A DNA stretch of 64,000 nt from Phoronis australis (lineage: Eukaryota; Animalia; Phoronida), in assembly GCA_002633005.1 (NCBI GenBank), contig NMRA01000106.1, forward strand, positions 601,655 through 665,654. Direction: 5' to 3'. Below the pieces are notes generated by a model. It searched no databases, was not told the origin of the DNA, and was given only the letters and a program-made list of their open reading frames with translations. This document shows, piece by piece, positions 12,465 through 25,274 of this stretch; position 1 is the stretch's first letter, and every line of letters begins with the position of its first letter. A program made the translations under genes and the position numbers.

Positions 12465-13535
12465 TTTATTTATTTATTAATATAATATTTACAATGAGGG
12501 TAGTCCCATCAGTTCACACTGCTTTCCAGGGGGACCCTCAGTAAAAACATGCAGACAATGAGACAAACTAACACAATTACAAAATGACAATATTTAAGTA
12601 ATCAGTACAGAATAAGAAGTTAACATGGAAAGACCGATGAAAATATAAAAAACAAAAAATAGAAAAATATGATAAATAGAAGATAAAAAAGCAAGACAAG
12701 AAAATTAAAATAAAAATAAAAATATCAATAAATATATAAATAATTAAAAACAGACAATAAATAATTAATAAAAGTAAGACATAACATATACATACACGCA
12801 TGTATACACATGCACTCTTATACACACATATACTTAAGTGCATACATACATTAACATTCATACATACATACAGACATATATAAATACACACATACATACA
12901 TTCATACATACATACATAAGTACAAACATACACATGAATACACAACTCCATACACACACACATACACAAAAATACACATGAATAAAAAATCTGATATGGG
13001 GATATTGAATGTAAAACAAAGCACATCTACATAAAGTTAAATCTATTTCTTATAATTCTTTTAGAGGTTATAAAGGATGATGCAGATTTAGCATCTGTAG
13101 GGAGAGAGTTCCATAAATAGGGCCCGCTGTAGAAAAATAATTTTTCCCAGTTTCGTTTCTGGTTTTCGGAAGATTGAAGTTGGATGATAACGAGGACCTA
13201 GTATTGAAGCGATTGGTAGTCATCTTAAACTTAGTACTTAAGTATGTTGGGACAAGACGTTTAAAACATTTGTACTTACAACAAGCAGATAGGAATTTAT
13301 GTCTTGTGTATATTTTCATTATTCCAGTATCCGTATGAAGATTTTCAATGTTAATATCTCTCACACCAGCTCCCAGAATTATCCGGGAAGCCCTGTTTTG
13401 GATAACCTGGATGGTTTTATTATCCTTGTCTGATGCAAAGCCCCACACCGGGAGGCAATAATCTAGATGAGGTTGAATGATAGCATTGAAAAGGGTTTTC
13501 AGTGATACTCTGTTCACAAATTTACGCATGTGCAA
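12465..13535 (-). mobile_element. 3' end of a CR1/L2-clade non-LTR retrotransposon with internal (TGTA)n microsatellite and (TAAA)n tail
   Basis: ORF 13068-13535 (LKTLFNAIIQPHLDYCLPVWG...IQNRASRII...LVPTYLS...FNTRS) is a typical LINE RT C-terminus. The 3' UTR ends ccccctggaaagcag...taataaataaataaa. Confidence 0.85.
12780..12980. repeat. Degenerate (TACA)n/(CA)n microsatellite
   Basis: Run of catacatacacg-type units; explains spurious ORF 12577-13026. Confidence 0.9.
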
Positions 13536-15200
13536 ACTTCAGTCAAACAGTCAACCATTCTCTCAATTTGAAGGCCACAGGCCTTGTCGTGTGTCTGAGG
13601 TCTACACATAAAATTTTCCTCACAAGAGAAATTTGAGACTACGAAAATACCAGAGTTGTCCCTGGTAGCGGATAACGTCCGAGTGCGACCATTGTTTTGA
13701 AACTAATGCGATATAAAGTTTAACTTTGGTGCACGTTATTCAGCTTTAAAAGATCAAACAAACGGTTTTCTACATTTTGGCGGCACCAGAGTTAATGATA
13801 ATAATGATAATAAACTTTATTTAAAGAGGATAAAAATGTAATAAATGTGAAACATGCTTTAGCCAAAGGCTAATATCCAGCATGGTCCAGAGGTTAGCAT
13901 TTGCGTCTAAGTAAACTTCATACTTGCAATCCCACAATGGCGGATCTAAGATATCGCAAAGGGAGAACAAGCACTATTTTCGATAGAAAATATTGACATT
14001 AATGCTAAAAAGGACATGCCAGCGGTTTGGCACTCCTCAATTACAGGGCTAGTATGTATGGCTAATTCAAGTAGTCGAAAAATTTTCGCCATAACTCTAC
14101 AACAACGTACATTCAGTACCAACTGCCGACACATTCTCAACACTCACTTAGCATGCTGTCCACAGTTCAAGTTCGAACATATCCGCAACAAATTTAAAAC
14201 CAAAAATGTTTTGTTGACTTTTGTAACAAGCATAACGTCTACTTCGCGCACGCTGGTTAGGTGGCACTGAACAGTTAGGCTGCTTTCCCGGCCAATTTGC
14301 CCTCCCAAAATATTAAAATTTTGGGGTAGGCCAAATTTGGGGGCATTTTGTAGGTAGGCAATACATGTAGGTTCAGTGAATGTGGTTTGTGTGTGTTTGT
14401 GAATATGTTGAAACCAAAAAGACACCATTTGTTCGGGTGTAGCTGCACTCTCCTTCAAGATGGCGGCCCCCGGTTGCCATTGTGCATTGCTGGGCAGCGA
14501 CTGAGAAATTGGCTGCGATTTCAGGTAGTACTCAAACAAGCCAGAATTGCCAAAAAAAATAGTTATTCGATAGTACTTTTGTACCACATTTTCGGAATTG
14601 TTAGAAAATTTGCTTTCAGAATCTAATGTTGGCTTTAGTCGTGTATCGGCAGGGAAGTGGTGTTTTGGGGGTGAAAAGTGCCGATTTTAGACTTTTTTGC
14701 CCCTTTTTTAGCCTACCTTGCTGTTCAGAAGGAGTGAAAGGTCCAAAACTACGAGACACAATAAAGTTTCTGTGCTCATCTGTAGGGCTTTTTATGTGAA
14801 ATAACTACAATATGTCATTCTTTGCACACAGTTTTCGGCAGAGTGAAGAAAAGGTGACAAATCAATTGACATGTGTTTTGCTGGGAAAAACCTAGTGAGA
14901 ACTGTTCTGTTCCTCCTTAACGAAGGTATTAATGTATACGTTGATGGATATCTTGTTTAACTGACTATGCTTACGTATAACAAGGTCTATCAACTGAAAC
15001 AATCCTACAGCTAATATAGCATTTTTCCACGATTGTTATCATTTGATATATCATCACTGACTGATGATAACACAATTGAAGGTCACTACCACATTGCCAT
15101 CTGGTGGAAGGAATCTTACTCAGCAAAGGAGTTTTTCAATGCTCATTATGCCCATTCATGAATCCCAGTTCAGTGACGTGCATCAAACATTCACGTTTTC

Positions 15201-16227
15201 TATCAAAAGCTCGTCTTCGCAAGCCTCAATAAAAAGCTCACCAATTCGCTACCATTTTGACTGCTGCTTTCATGGCCTTCCCAATGCCGTATAGACTATC
15301 TTCATGGGGTGGTTCTAAACTCTTTGTAATTATTCGATGGAAACTCAAAATTCAGTTCTTTTAAGAAAGACGCGAAGCTATCGTAATCATGTACACAAGT
15401 TGTGCATATGGCCTTTCCTTGTCTGGCGAAATGTGGTAGTACACAAAAGTTGACCAAGTCTTTAGCAGGCATCTGATAGGTATATTTGAAAGTCCAAGCA
15501 TTTAACACTGACCGGTTTTGTCTCTCCGTTGACAGTATCGTACCTAAACATCAGGTTACGACACTTAGAATCTATTAAACATATTGTTGGGTAGGGTTCT
15601 TCACTAACCAACTGTTGTTGAAAGAATTTTAGCAACTGGTCACTGGAGTTGAGTCGAAATTCAGTTGCTTTTTCGTGAAAACTTTACTTTGAGAGTTTTC
15701 TACTGCCGAGTCAAGAGTAGTATGAAAGGAAACCAAACAAAGTTCTCCAAACAAACAAACTGTGTTAACAGTGTGAGCGGTTTCTTCCAAAGGAAATGCA
15801 GGGCGTTCCTCAAATTCTGGAGTTGATTTCAGAGCAAGACCAAAAGCGTGGAACTTTGAAAATTTTGTAACTAATAGAGCGCAGTAGGCAAAGTCAAGGC
15901 CTTTTCGTATATTGGCAATCTTGAATCCCTCTGACCTAAGGTCAGGCATCATCATTCATTGTCTTGTACACAACCGATTACGTAACGTGAAGCAGCCAAA
16001 TTCAATACCTGCGAAGCAATCAGTTCTTCCTAGCGTTTCATTGTTGGAGAAAAGTTGCTGATAAACCTGAATATCCTTCGAAAAAAACGAAGCCTTTTTG
16101 TAATTTTGCCAAACTCTGAAAGATGCAGGATAAGGAAGGCAGTCTTTATCATTAAACGATACACTTGCCAGTTGCCTTGAAATTTTGTCAACTTTGACGG
16201 CAAGAAGGTTACATATGACATTGTCAC
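15201..16227 (-). pseudogene. EcKL copy B, frameshifted pseudogene (exon 2 only)
   Basis: EcKL fragments in several frames (DNVICNLLAVKV; DLRSEGFKIANIRKGLDF..SKFHA; CLIDSKCRNLMF; YQMPAKDLVNF). Acceptor AG mutated to AA (16229-16228), deletion near the 3' end, stop codon lost. No exon 1 visible upstream. Confidence 0.9.
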
Positions 16228-16587
16228 TTGCGAAGAAAAAAGAAAGTCCTGACATCAAAGGGTCTTGCGATCAATCGGCTGCCGGAGATACGGGAAATCA
16301 TCAAGCAAGTAGCTTTCGGACTAACGTGTCTTCGGACAGTAGGAAAATTGGGATGTCTCTCTATAATACATAAGTTGAGTATCTGTGAAATTTGAGACTG
16401 TTGCAAAATTGCAAAAACTGTATTGTTAAGATCCCCTATTACCTCATTTTTGGTATCTTAAGAGACTTTGTTTACAGAATCCAATGTCGACTAGGTCAAG
16501 ATTTCGTAGGAAAGCAGAAATTTGAGGTTAAAATGTCTCTATTTTGGAGAATTTCGGCAAGGAGTGAGATGANNNNNNNNNNNNNNG

Positions 16588-16682
16588 AGGGAGGAACGGA
16601 TGGAGGGAGGGAGGAACAGATGGAGGGAGGGAGGAACGGATGGAGGGAGGGAGGAACGGATGGAGGGAGGGAGGAAGGGAAG
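16588..16682. repeat. G-rich 20-bp minisatellite (agggagggaggaacggatgg)n next to an N gap
   Basis: About 4.5 units visible; the true length is hidden by the gap at 16573-16587. Confidence 0.9.
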
Positions 16683-17359
16683 AGGGCGATGGGGAAGAGG
16701 AGGGGGAGACAATTACGTGATTGGTTGGCCAGCAAAGGCACAGGCTGCTTAAATCTGTTTTCTAATTACTTGCTCATTTCGTTTTGACGTGACACCAAGT
16801 TGAAAACTGCTTCTTATTTTTTGTCGTGCACTTGAATGGAGGACCTGACCTCTTTGGCCCCTCTTATAATTCGCTGCTTTTTCAAATTTGCAGATACTTC
16901 ACATGACATTTATTTACTGCATATGTAATAAACAACATACATTGTGTGCAAACTGCCGACACGTTCTAATTACTCACAACATTGCTACAACTATTACACA
17001 ACGTACACGCTGGCCAATCTTATGGTTCAAATCTGTCTGCAACAAAATTCAAAACTGAACAATTTTTGCGCTCTTTTCTACGTGGACATATAATAGGTCT
17101 CATATAATAGGTATTGTAATAACATGTACATTTATGAATATAGTATATTTACTGCTAATATAGTATATTTGACTGTAGCAGTCACGTGATACGTCATCAT
17201 TCACTAATGAAAGTAATAAAAGCCTTCCTGCTGGTGGAAATCACCACCATATCGTCGTATGGTCGGTTACAGGAGCTATTTTTATCCTCGCCAATGCTTA
17301 CTCGTTTCTGGAGCTAGTGAATTTCAGCTCAGCTCAGTGTATCAAGCATGCTCGTTGTC

Positions 17360-18510
17360 TTACAATAGTTCGTCTTCACAGGCCTCGATAAAAAGTTCAC
17401 AAATTCGTTCTGACTGGCCTGCCTTTCCGATTGCTTGTTTCATTTTTTGGACAAAAATTTCTCTGCGTGGAGCTCCATGAAAGGTTGTAAATGTAGGGAC
17501 ATCTTCGGAATCGATTACCAAAAACGGAAGCAAATGCATGGCGAACACAATGCCGTATAGACGAGCTTTATGAAAGTGATTCATAAACTGCTCATACGTA
17601 TAAGGTGGGAACTCAAAACTCAGTTGCTTTACAAAAGACATGAAGCTATCGTAATACAGCCGGAGTAGCTTGTTCATGTGACGTTTCCTTGTTTGGCGAA
17701 AGGTGCCGGTGTACAAAAAGCTGACCAAGTCGTTAGCAGGCATCTGATAGGATATCATTTGAAAGTCCAAGCATTTAACACTGACTGGTTTTGTCTCTCC
17801 GTTGACAGTATCGTACCTAAACATCAAGTTACGAGATATTGAATCTCTTAAACATATTGTTGCATAAGGTTCTTCATTAACCAACTGCTGTTGAAAGAAT
17901 TTCAGCATCTCCTCAGTGGACTTATGTCGAAATTCAGTTGCTTTCTCACTCACAACTTTACTCTGAGAGTTGTCTACTGCCAATTCAATAGAAGCAAGCT
18001 CGGAAACTAGGCCAAGCTCGCCAAACCAACACCGCATGTGCTCAGTATGAACGTTTTCTTCCAAGGCAAATGCAAAGCGTTCCTTAAACTCCGGAGTTGA
18101 TTTCACAGCAAGACCAAGAGCATGGAACTTTGCGAATTCTGTTACTGCTAGAGCACAGTGGTCAAAGTCAAGGCCTTTACGTATATCGGCCATCTTGAAT
18201 CCCTCAGACCTGAGGTCATGCATTATTAGAAACGGCGGATATTCGTTGTCTTGGAGACACCCGGTTACATAACGAGGAACAGCCAAATTCAATGGTTGCA
18301 AAGCATTCAGTTCTTGGTAACGTTTCATTGCTGGGAAAAGCTCCTGATAAGTTTGAATATCCTTGGAGAAAAACAAACCCTTTCTTGTCATTTTCCCATG
18401 CTCTGAATGACACGGGAAATCAACCTTTGCAATAAGTCGATATACCTGCCTGTTGCCTTGAGATTTCGTTTCAACTTCGACGGCAAAAATACTGCTCAAG
18501 GCATTGTCAC
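17360..18510 (-). CDS. EcKL copy C, exon 2 (gene 26231->17360, 429 aa)
   Basis: Phase-1 acceptor ttctttttctttgcag|GTGAC at 18512/18510. LIAKV, FFSKDIQTY, CLRDSISRNLMF and LDFQ are present. Joined to exon 26093-26231 it gives 1290 nt in frame. Confidence 0.9.
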
Positions 18511-20489
18511 CTGCAAAGAAAAAGAACCTCCTGATTGAACAAGCTTCTTATCAAGTGAGAGGAATTATTGCGATTTAATGGCTGAAAAAAAAACGTTCTA
18601 GATCTTTCAAATCATAGAACTCTAGTGCTTTGGGTTTTATGTTGAAAGAACGATGTTTCGGTATCACTGTACAGCTAATGAATATCAGGGATATGTTTGA
18701 CGGTAGCATAATAGGGGGAAGGTGGGAGGGGGCGAGGTTGTGCGGGGGTTATGCCTTGCAAATGCAGTTTACTTAGCTAGTGCTTATGAAGTTGCTGGGT
18801 CGAGAAAAATCACTTTATTGGATTGCAAGTTCTCTTTTCCTGACAATGTTGGCTAATATCCTGGCACCAGGATCCTTTCTCTCTTGGTTCTGGCTCACAG
18901 TTGGTCTTAAAATAAGGACTTCGCAATATATTACCTTCTTAATGTTTCTGTGTGTACCCTGGGTTAAAAGAGAATACCACAAAAATTATGGGACAATGTC
19001 GTAGGCTAAGTAAGATCTACGAAACGCAATAGAATCGCCCGCCCCCTTAAGGAACATGTGGCAACTGTTGATCTTTTTTGACACAACGTGTCTTGTTTCT
19101 CAAATAATTTTCCATGGTACTCAGCACAGTGAGTTAGCCTGTCGTTTAGGATTTTTGTAAAGTCCTTGCTGATAACGATCAACACAAAAATCCTCAGAAA
19201 TTGCTCATATCCGTAGTAGAATTTTTATTCCTATCCATAATATCTAATTATATTACACTCATCTGAGGGTTGTGGCCAATATTGAGAATTTCGTTGAAAA
19301 GTTTTGTAGCCAGAGGGTGTGCGTGCTTTTTCAACACTTCTAAAATTATACCGTTTATCCCGACCTTTTTATTCGTTAACTTGTTAATGACAGATAAATC
19401 CCCACTTTCCGTAGTTACTAAGTTAAGTTGAAGGGGATTATTATTATTACAGTTTACGTATTTATCTTCTCCATGGCGTTATTAGTGCTCAGCAGTTATG
19501 TTTTGACTGCTTTACGTTATTCAGACTGAGAGATATTTAAAAAATGAACGTCAAGCATGAGCTATTACGACGCCTATTGGTGCCCAACCGTATTTGTTTG
19601 TTCTCCGGATATGGTTGTCAAAAATCTATGCGAGTAATCCCCGGCTGTTTCTATTCAAGTCTCGTATAGTTCAAATGTATCGCAAGAACATATAAATTTA
19701 ACTCACTGCTCTTCACCTGTGTTTCATTCCCTCAATATTAATAATAATGACCCACGGCATGGTTTACGAAATCCCCTCGGTCTCGGGCTCCACCGCAATT
19801 CATATAATATATTGAGGGAACGCGACACGGTTGCCGGATTATCACGAGGATGGACCGGAAACACATGTGGGTCAAATTGACCCATCCCACCGGAACAGTT
19901 TGAGATTACTCTTCGTCAATCACGAATTTATGGTTCTCAATAATCAGCCTGTCATAACTTAGGTATGAATGCTGGTCTTTTTGTCTTGCGTCATGCATGG
20001 CCGGTTAAATTCGTTTTCTGATGTTTCCTACACATGTAGCAAAGTCTTCAATTTTTACGTAACTATCGAATAGTTGAAATTCCCATGTAAGCTGCGTGTG
20101 TTGATTTTGTCTAATTGCTTTTGTTTGTAGAATGCAGTTGAATTGTTAATAAATTTTGACAACTTTTTTCTATTGTAAGTGGATATTTTTCGTTGTCTGC
20201 ATTCTCAAGGAAAGGCGTCTTGGTAATTCGTGAAATTGAAAAAAAAAATGTTACCATAGGAACAAAATGTTAAAGTGTTTGCTGTGTTGCAAATGGCGAC
20301 CTTAAGTTTCACTAGGATGACAGTTTATGAGTAGTGCAAAAACAACGCAAAAAGTTACCAACGCGAAGAGCGGCCCATAATTACAGTGAAGTCTAATCGC
20401 CACAACTGTCTACATAACCAACCAAGACTCATGGAAAGTTATTTGTGTTTCAATAACATCAACCAAACCACGAATTATGTGCATAAGAA

Positions 20490-21410
20490 AGTATTCACAA
20501 ACTTCGTTGAAAACACGACTAAACTTTTTGTTTGAAAGCTTTATATAGAGTCGCTCGTAGTGTTGGAACAGTCTCCTTTCTTCAGATGAGCAGCTATGTA
20601 GTAAAACCGCGAGAGACAGAACAAACAAACAAAGTAAAACACTAGTTATGTTTCGAAACAGCATGTCTCATCATCAGGCAATAAGTGGAATGAACATATA
20701 CTTAGCGAAATAAGAGTGAGATACACGTGACAGCGGGAAGAGGTGCATTGAAGCAGGGAGTGTGAATGGAACACACGATAAGAAGCCCACTTCCCTATCG
20801 ACGCAGAACCATCGGGGAGTACACACCGGTCAACTGCTCGTTCAAAACAGGTTTTTCGTGAGTGACCAATAGCGATTCCAAATTTTTTAACCGAATCGTG
20901 TCATTTTCAACGCAGCGAATGATGATATTGTCTACTATTTTTTGTCTAGTTATTTTTCGGCCATGTTGGTGTACAAAATGATCTTGAGTGAACCCCCTGC
21001 AAGTGCTTGGACAACCGTGGCGAGAGAGAACACACAGTGTGTCCATTGTGACGCTGCTCACGAGAATAAGGAGGAAGATATTCTTCCATATGACAGCATT
21101 ACATTTGGCCATTATTGATATTGGTCAGTCGCGAAAGACCTATGTTGAATGAGCAGTCCACCGGTGTGTACCGCACGCTGGTTCTGTTTCGATAGTGTGT
21201 TATAGGCTTCTTATTGTGTGTTGCATTCACACTCTGCTTGTACTCTTCCCGCTGTCACATGTATCTCACTGTTTATTTCGCTACGTATATGTTCATTCTA
21301 CTTATTGCCTGATCGTGAGACGTGCATTCTAATGTTTTAATTTGTGTGGTTGTTCTGTCTCTCGGTTTTTTACTACATAGCTCCACACCTGATGAAAGGA
21401 GATTGTACTT
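20490..21410 (-). mobile_element. Penelope-like element fragment with inverted pseudo-LTR, inside the copy C intron
   Basis: GIY-YIG C-terminus (DHFVHQHGRKITRQKIVDN..IRLKNLESLLVTHEKPVLNEQ), then a pLTR and the start of the next ORF (EERRLFQHYERLYIKLSNKKFSRVFNEVC). 20570-20845 is repeated inverted at 21145-21405. Absent from the copy A intron. Confidence 0.8.
20630..20690 (-). ncRNA. Minimal hammerhead-ribozyme-like motif in the Penelope pLTR (probably degenerate)
   Basis: Minus strand reads CTGATGA-T-GAGAC-ATGCT-GTTTC-GAAAC-ATAACTAGT-GTTT: both core boxes, a 5-bp stem II and a palindromic ACTAGT in the stem III region. Stem I pairing is poor. Confidence 0.5.
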
Positions 21411-22454
21411 AAATAGTTTGTTTGTTGGGTTAATCTGGATGTACACAGTAGGGTGGCTTGGATACTTTAATCCTGGTTTTATTAAACCAGCTGCCTGGTC
21501 TAACAAAGCCAGGCTTTCAGACTTTTAAACCACGTTTGTGAAATGCAAGTTAGACCAGGTTTAGGAAGACCAGGCTTAAGTCTAAAACCTGATTTGTTAA
21601 ACCACCTTTATGAAATCGGCTGCATGTTTTTACTGAGAATAGCTCCCTATCAACTAAAGTACCTTCGTTTTTCGTGACTATGAAATACTAGGATACAATA
21701 AAAAAATTTCTTAACCAGAGTTTTCTTATTTAAACAAAAACTAAAAGTGATATTCCACAGTTTAGTTACTTACAAATTCTGTTAATATACATCGTAAAAT
21801 AAATTAATAAATTTAAGCACATACAAAATATGCTAATTGCAATGTGGGAGATATTGTGTCAGTTTTAGACGATTAATTTTGTTGTTGTTGTTGTTTTTGT
21901 TTTTATTACTTCTCCTTGTCATGGTTGTTTTCTGAGACATGGATGCGACTCCTCTGCTCCTTGTATATATGTACACGGGTCATAACTCGAAAATCTGTTT
22001 TCATACATATCCAGGATTTTGAGAGCTGGGGGTGGAGCAGGGCAGAGTATTAGCCAGGGTTTTTCCAGACAGACATATGCACCCCCGAACTGCCAAATGG
22101 AATCTGGGAGAATTTTAGGGGGGGGGGCATGGCCTCCTTGGTCTCTTCTTAATTCACCACTGATGACTATTGGCCTGAATTGTCGTTGTATTAGAACCTA
22201 AATTGCGTTCCTGTGGCAGGCGAAAATTAGGCGTGATTGCCAACATCAAATTTTTATAACGTCAGGTGGCACTCATAATGCACCAATGAAATTTTTAATA
22301 CACCTTATTCACGCAGTAGCCATTTAAGACGTGAGCCTCTTTTTCGGTTTAAAAAACAATTCATTTGAGACCTAAATATAACAAGTCACGCGAAAAAATC
22401 AAGCTTTGCGCTGTGATTAAGCGCAAAATGCGTTGTTTTTAGGTTTTAAAAACC

Positions 22455-25260
22455 TAACAAGAGCAACGCAGAGTGTTGAAATGCGTCCACGAATGGAGTG
22501 CAAACGTGCTTCTAGAGTTATTTGTTTCATAAAATTGGCCACCAGATCGCGCAAAACGTCCAGTCCATCTGAAAACGAAACATGCCATCGCTTTTTTAAT
22601 GGAAAGCTATCTGTCAAGGAAATTCAGTGAAACAAAGGAAAACGGAAAAAATGAAATTGCCACTAGGGGGCACAGCGCCCTTCTGAAAGTCGTCTATAGT
22701 AAGCTTCATATAAAAACACTTACTAAATATAATAAAGATCCTGCAATGGGTTTAGGAGATACAAGTATAGGCGCAAAAACAAAACAAAACAAAACCACCA
22801 CTAGGAGGTGCCATAGTAGTCGAACTTATCGTCAAACGTCCTCTTCTCACTGAGAAAATATACGCCAATTTTCAAAATCATCCTTAGAATGGTTTGTTTG
22901 ACAGAGGGATGGACACCAAAAAAACAGACTCGAAAATGGCCACTAGATGGAGCAAAGTACACCGAATGCATTCGAAAGTGGGAGGATAGCGTCACCTGAC
23001 TAATAGATGCCTAATTTCCAATTTTTATAAAAATACGTTGAGGACCTTTGAAAATATAGAGGTAAACCTAAAAAAAATAAAATTGCTACTAGGGGGCGCA
23101 CCTGTAGTCTAATCCCAGCGAAAAACGTCGTCGTTCGTTGTCTACATCATATAAATACACTTGCTAAATTTAGTAACGATCCTGCAAACGGTTTAGGAAA
23201 TACAGCCATGGGCGTCAATAAAATGCCACTAGGTGGCGCAACAGTAGTCCTCTTCATAGTAAGAGCATACATGCCAAATCATCCTTAGAATGGTTTGGTT
23301 GATAGAGGAGTGGACGCCAAAAACAGACTCGAAAGCAGTAAATATGGCCAATGGGTCGCGCAAACTACGTCGAATCCATCTGAAAACGAGAGGATAGTGT
23401 CATCTCACTAATAGATGCATGCCTATATTCTAAGTTTTATAAAAATACGTTGAGAACCTCCAAATATAACTTAAAGAGGTAAGCATAAAAACTAAAATTG
23501 TCACTATGGGGCACACCGGTAGTCGGAGAGGTCTAAAATTAGTGCTGTAGTGGGGCGTAGGCGCACGTAGGCACAGCCAACTACCTTTTTGCTTTTCAAT
23601 GTAGCTCTTACCCACCATAAGTTACGGTATAGTGGAACGTAAGCTCACGTAGTTGCAGCCAACCGCCTTTTTACATTTTATCGCAGCAACCACTTTTTTC
23701 ATTTTGACGTAGCGTCTACGCACCGTAAGTGACGTTAAGTGGGGCGTAGTCTCGATACGGTACCTTACGACATTAATGCGCTACGTTGACAGCATTTGTT
23801 GCCGAACAATTCGGCGCGCGTGATCATCAGGCATATGCTCGCCGAGTAATGGAATTTTTATTAATTCAAGATAAAAATCAGTTATGGTTTCACACGTACC
23901 ATAGGTGGATGAAGGGGGTGGCGAAGGCCCCCTAGGACACACCCCACGGGCGACTAAAAGTCGCCGCCAGTTTCTGGGCGTTACACTCCTATTTTCCTTT
24001 GTAATTGTGCATGGGTCCGCGTGCTTTCCAAGCACGCGGACCTTTGCCTTCAGATATGTGTGGTTTGACCCTCTTTCTCCGACATCCACTGAAAGACTAT
24101 GTAAATACCCACTCGTGAGTCAAAAATAAGTCTACCATATTTGTGAGTCAGGTTGTGCGAGTTCAATGCACTTTATATTCAGCGCTCACGGCGATACGAT
24201 GGGCTCTGGGCGCCTACTTACCCAGTGGCGGATCTAGGATATCACAAGGGGGGGGGCCCAACTTTTTGTCAGGCTTTAAGCATTTGCGCAAACTGAACCA
24301 CGATTGTAGATGCGCATAGCACCAAAGTGGGGGGGGAGGTCGGGAGAAATTTTTCTGTTTTTACCTCTAAAATTCAAGCATTTTCCTTGATTCCTGAAGA
24401 CAAAAAAGGCAAAAAAGAAAAAAAAAACGGAGAACGTGTCGAACAGAAAAAAGTGCAAGTACTAAGTCTCGAACTCAGAACCTCGCGGACAGAGCGCGCG
24501 TTTGTTACCGCTACACCACCACGCCTTAACTACTAATATTTTCCTATGAGACCTACTTATTTATGGTCCACAGCGTTTGCGTGCGAAACCTACTTCTTTT
24601 TGTAATGCTTATTACTCGTTTTATATTTTGTGCCATCAATTTTTAACAAATTTGTCGTATTTAAAATAGTCTTCAAATGCCCAAAAGACCAAATCCGTTT
24701 TTCGTGTTTGCAATAATAATGACGGGATTGCTTTGGAAATCGTCTTAAGANNNNNNNNNNNNNNNNNNNNNNNNNNNNNNNNNNNNNNNNNNNNNNNNNN
24801 NNNNNNNNNNNNNNNNNNNNNNNNNNNNNNNNNNNNNNNNNNNNNNNNNNNNNNNNNNNNNNNNNNNNNNNNNNNNNNNNNNNNNNNNNNNNNNNNNNNN
24901 NNNNNNNNNNNNNNNNNNNNNNNNNNNNNNNNNNNNNNNNNNNNNNNNNNNNNNNNNNNNNNNNNNNNNNNNNNNNNNNNNNNNNNNNNNNNNNNNNNNN
25001 NNNNNNNNNNNNNNNNNNNNNNNNNNNNNNNNNNNNNNNNNGCCTATGGGTATTACCTCTAAGTTTACCACTACAGCACTGTCTAAAATTTGTCGTCATC
25101 TGTCGTCAGCTTGATAGCAACACATCTGCCAAATCTCATCAAGATCCTGTGAGGGTTTAGGAGATACAGTTGCGGACCCCGGACGACGGACGCCCAGACA
25201 GAGATGACGGCAATATAAATTTATGCGCCCACATATACATATGTGCATGGGAGCATAAAA
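22455..25260 (-). mobile_element. Helentron/HINE (DINE-1-like) non-autonomous element with internal tandem repeats and nested insertions
   Basis: 5' end ttttatgctccc...gtgggcgcataa hairpin/subTIR followed by GTCC-rich sequence; 3' end gtggacgcatttc...gttgctcttgtt. Inserted in an A/T run that is empty in copy A (acctaaaaagggg, about 5151-5163). About 140-bp subrepeats at 22530-23530. Confidence 0.6.
24455..24527 (-). repeat. tRNA-derived SINE-like head (degenerate)
   Basis: A-box-like TGGTGTAGCGGT and B-box GAGTTCGAGAC at tRNA spacing, with no intact cloverleaf. Confidence 0.5.
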
Positions 25261-25274
25261 GGGGTCCGCATTCA

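Noticed and set aside
12577-13026. 149-aa hydrophobic Cys/Val/Tyr-rich ORF
   Set aside because: Low-complexity microsatellite and AT-rich LINE 3' UTR.
20560-20590. Second CTGAAGA hammerhead-like box on the minus strand
   Set aside because: No GAAA box follows, and it lies within the Penelope N-terminal coding sequence (SEE).
22530-23530. Regularly spaced short conserved motifs resembling a CRISPR array
   Set aside because: The spacers are homologous to each other (tandem monomers of 120-145 bp), the context is eukaryotic and there are no cas genes.
24455-24527. Possible tRNA gene
   Set aside because: A and B boxes are present but the acceptor and anticodon stems do not pair; treated as a SINE-like relic.
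24590-25099. ORFs spanning the N run
   Set aside because: Artefacts of the assembly gap.
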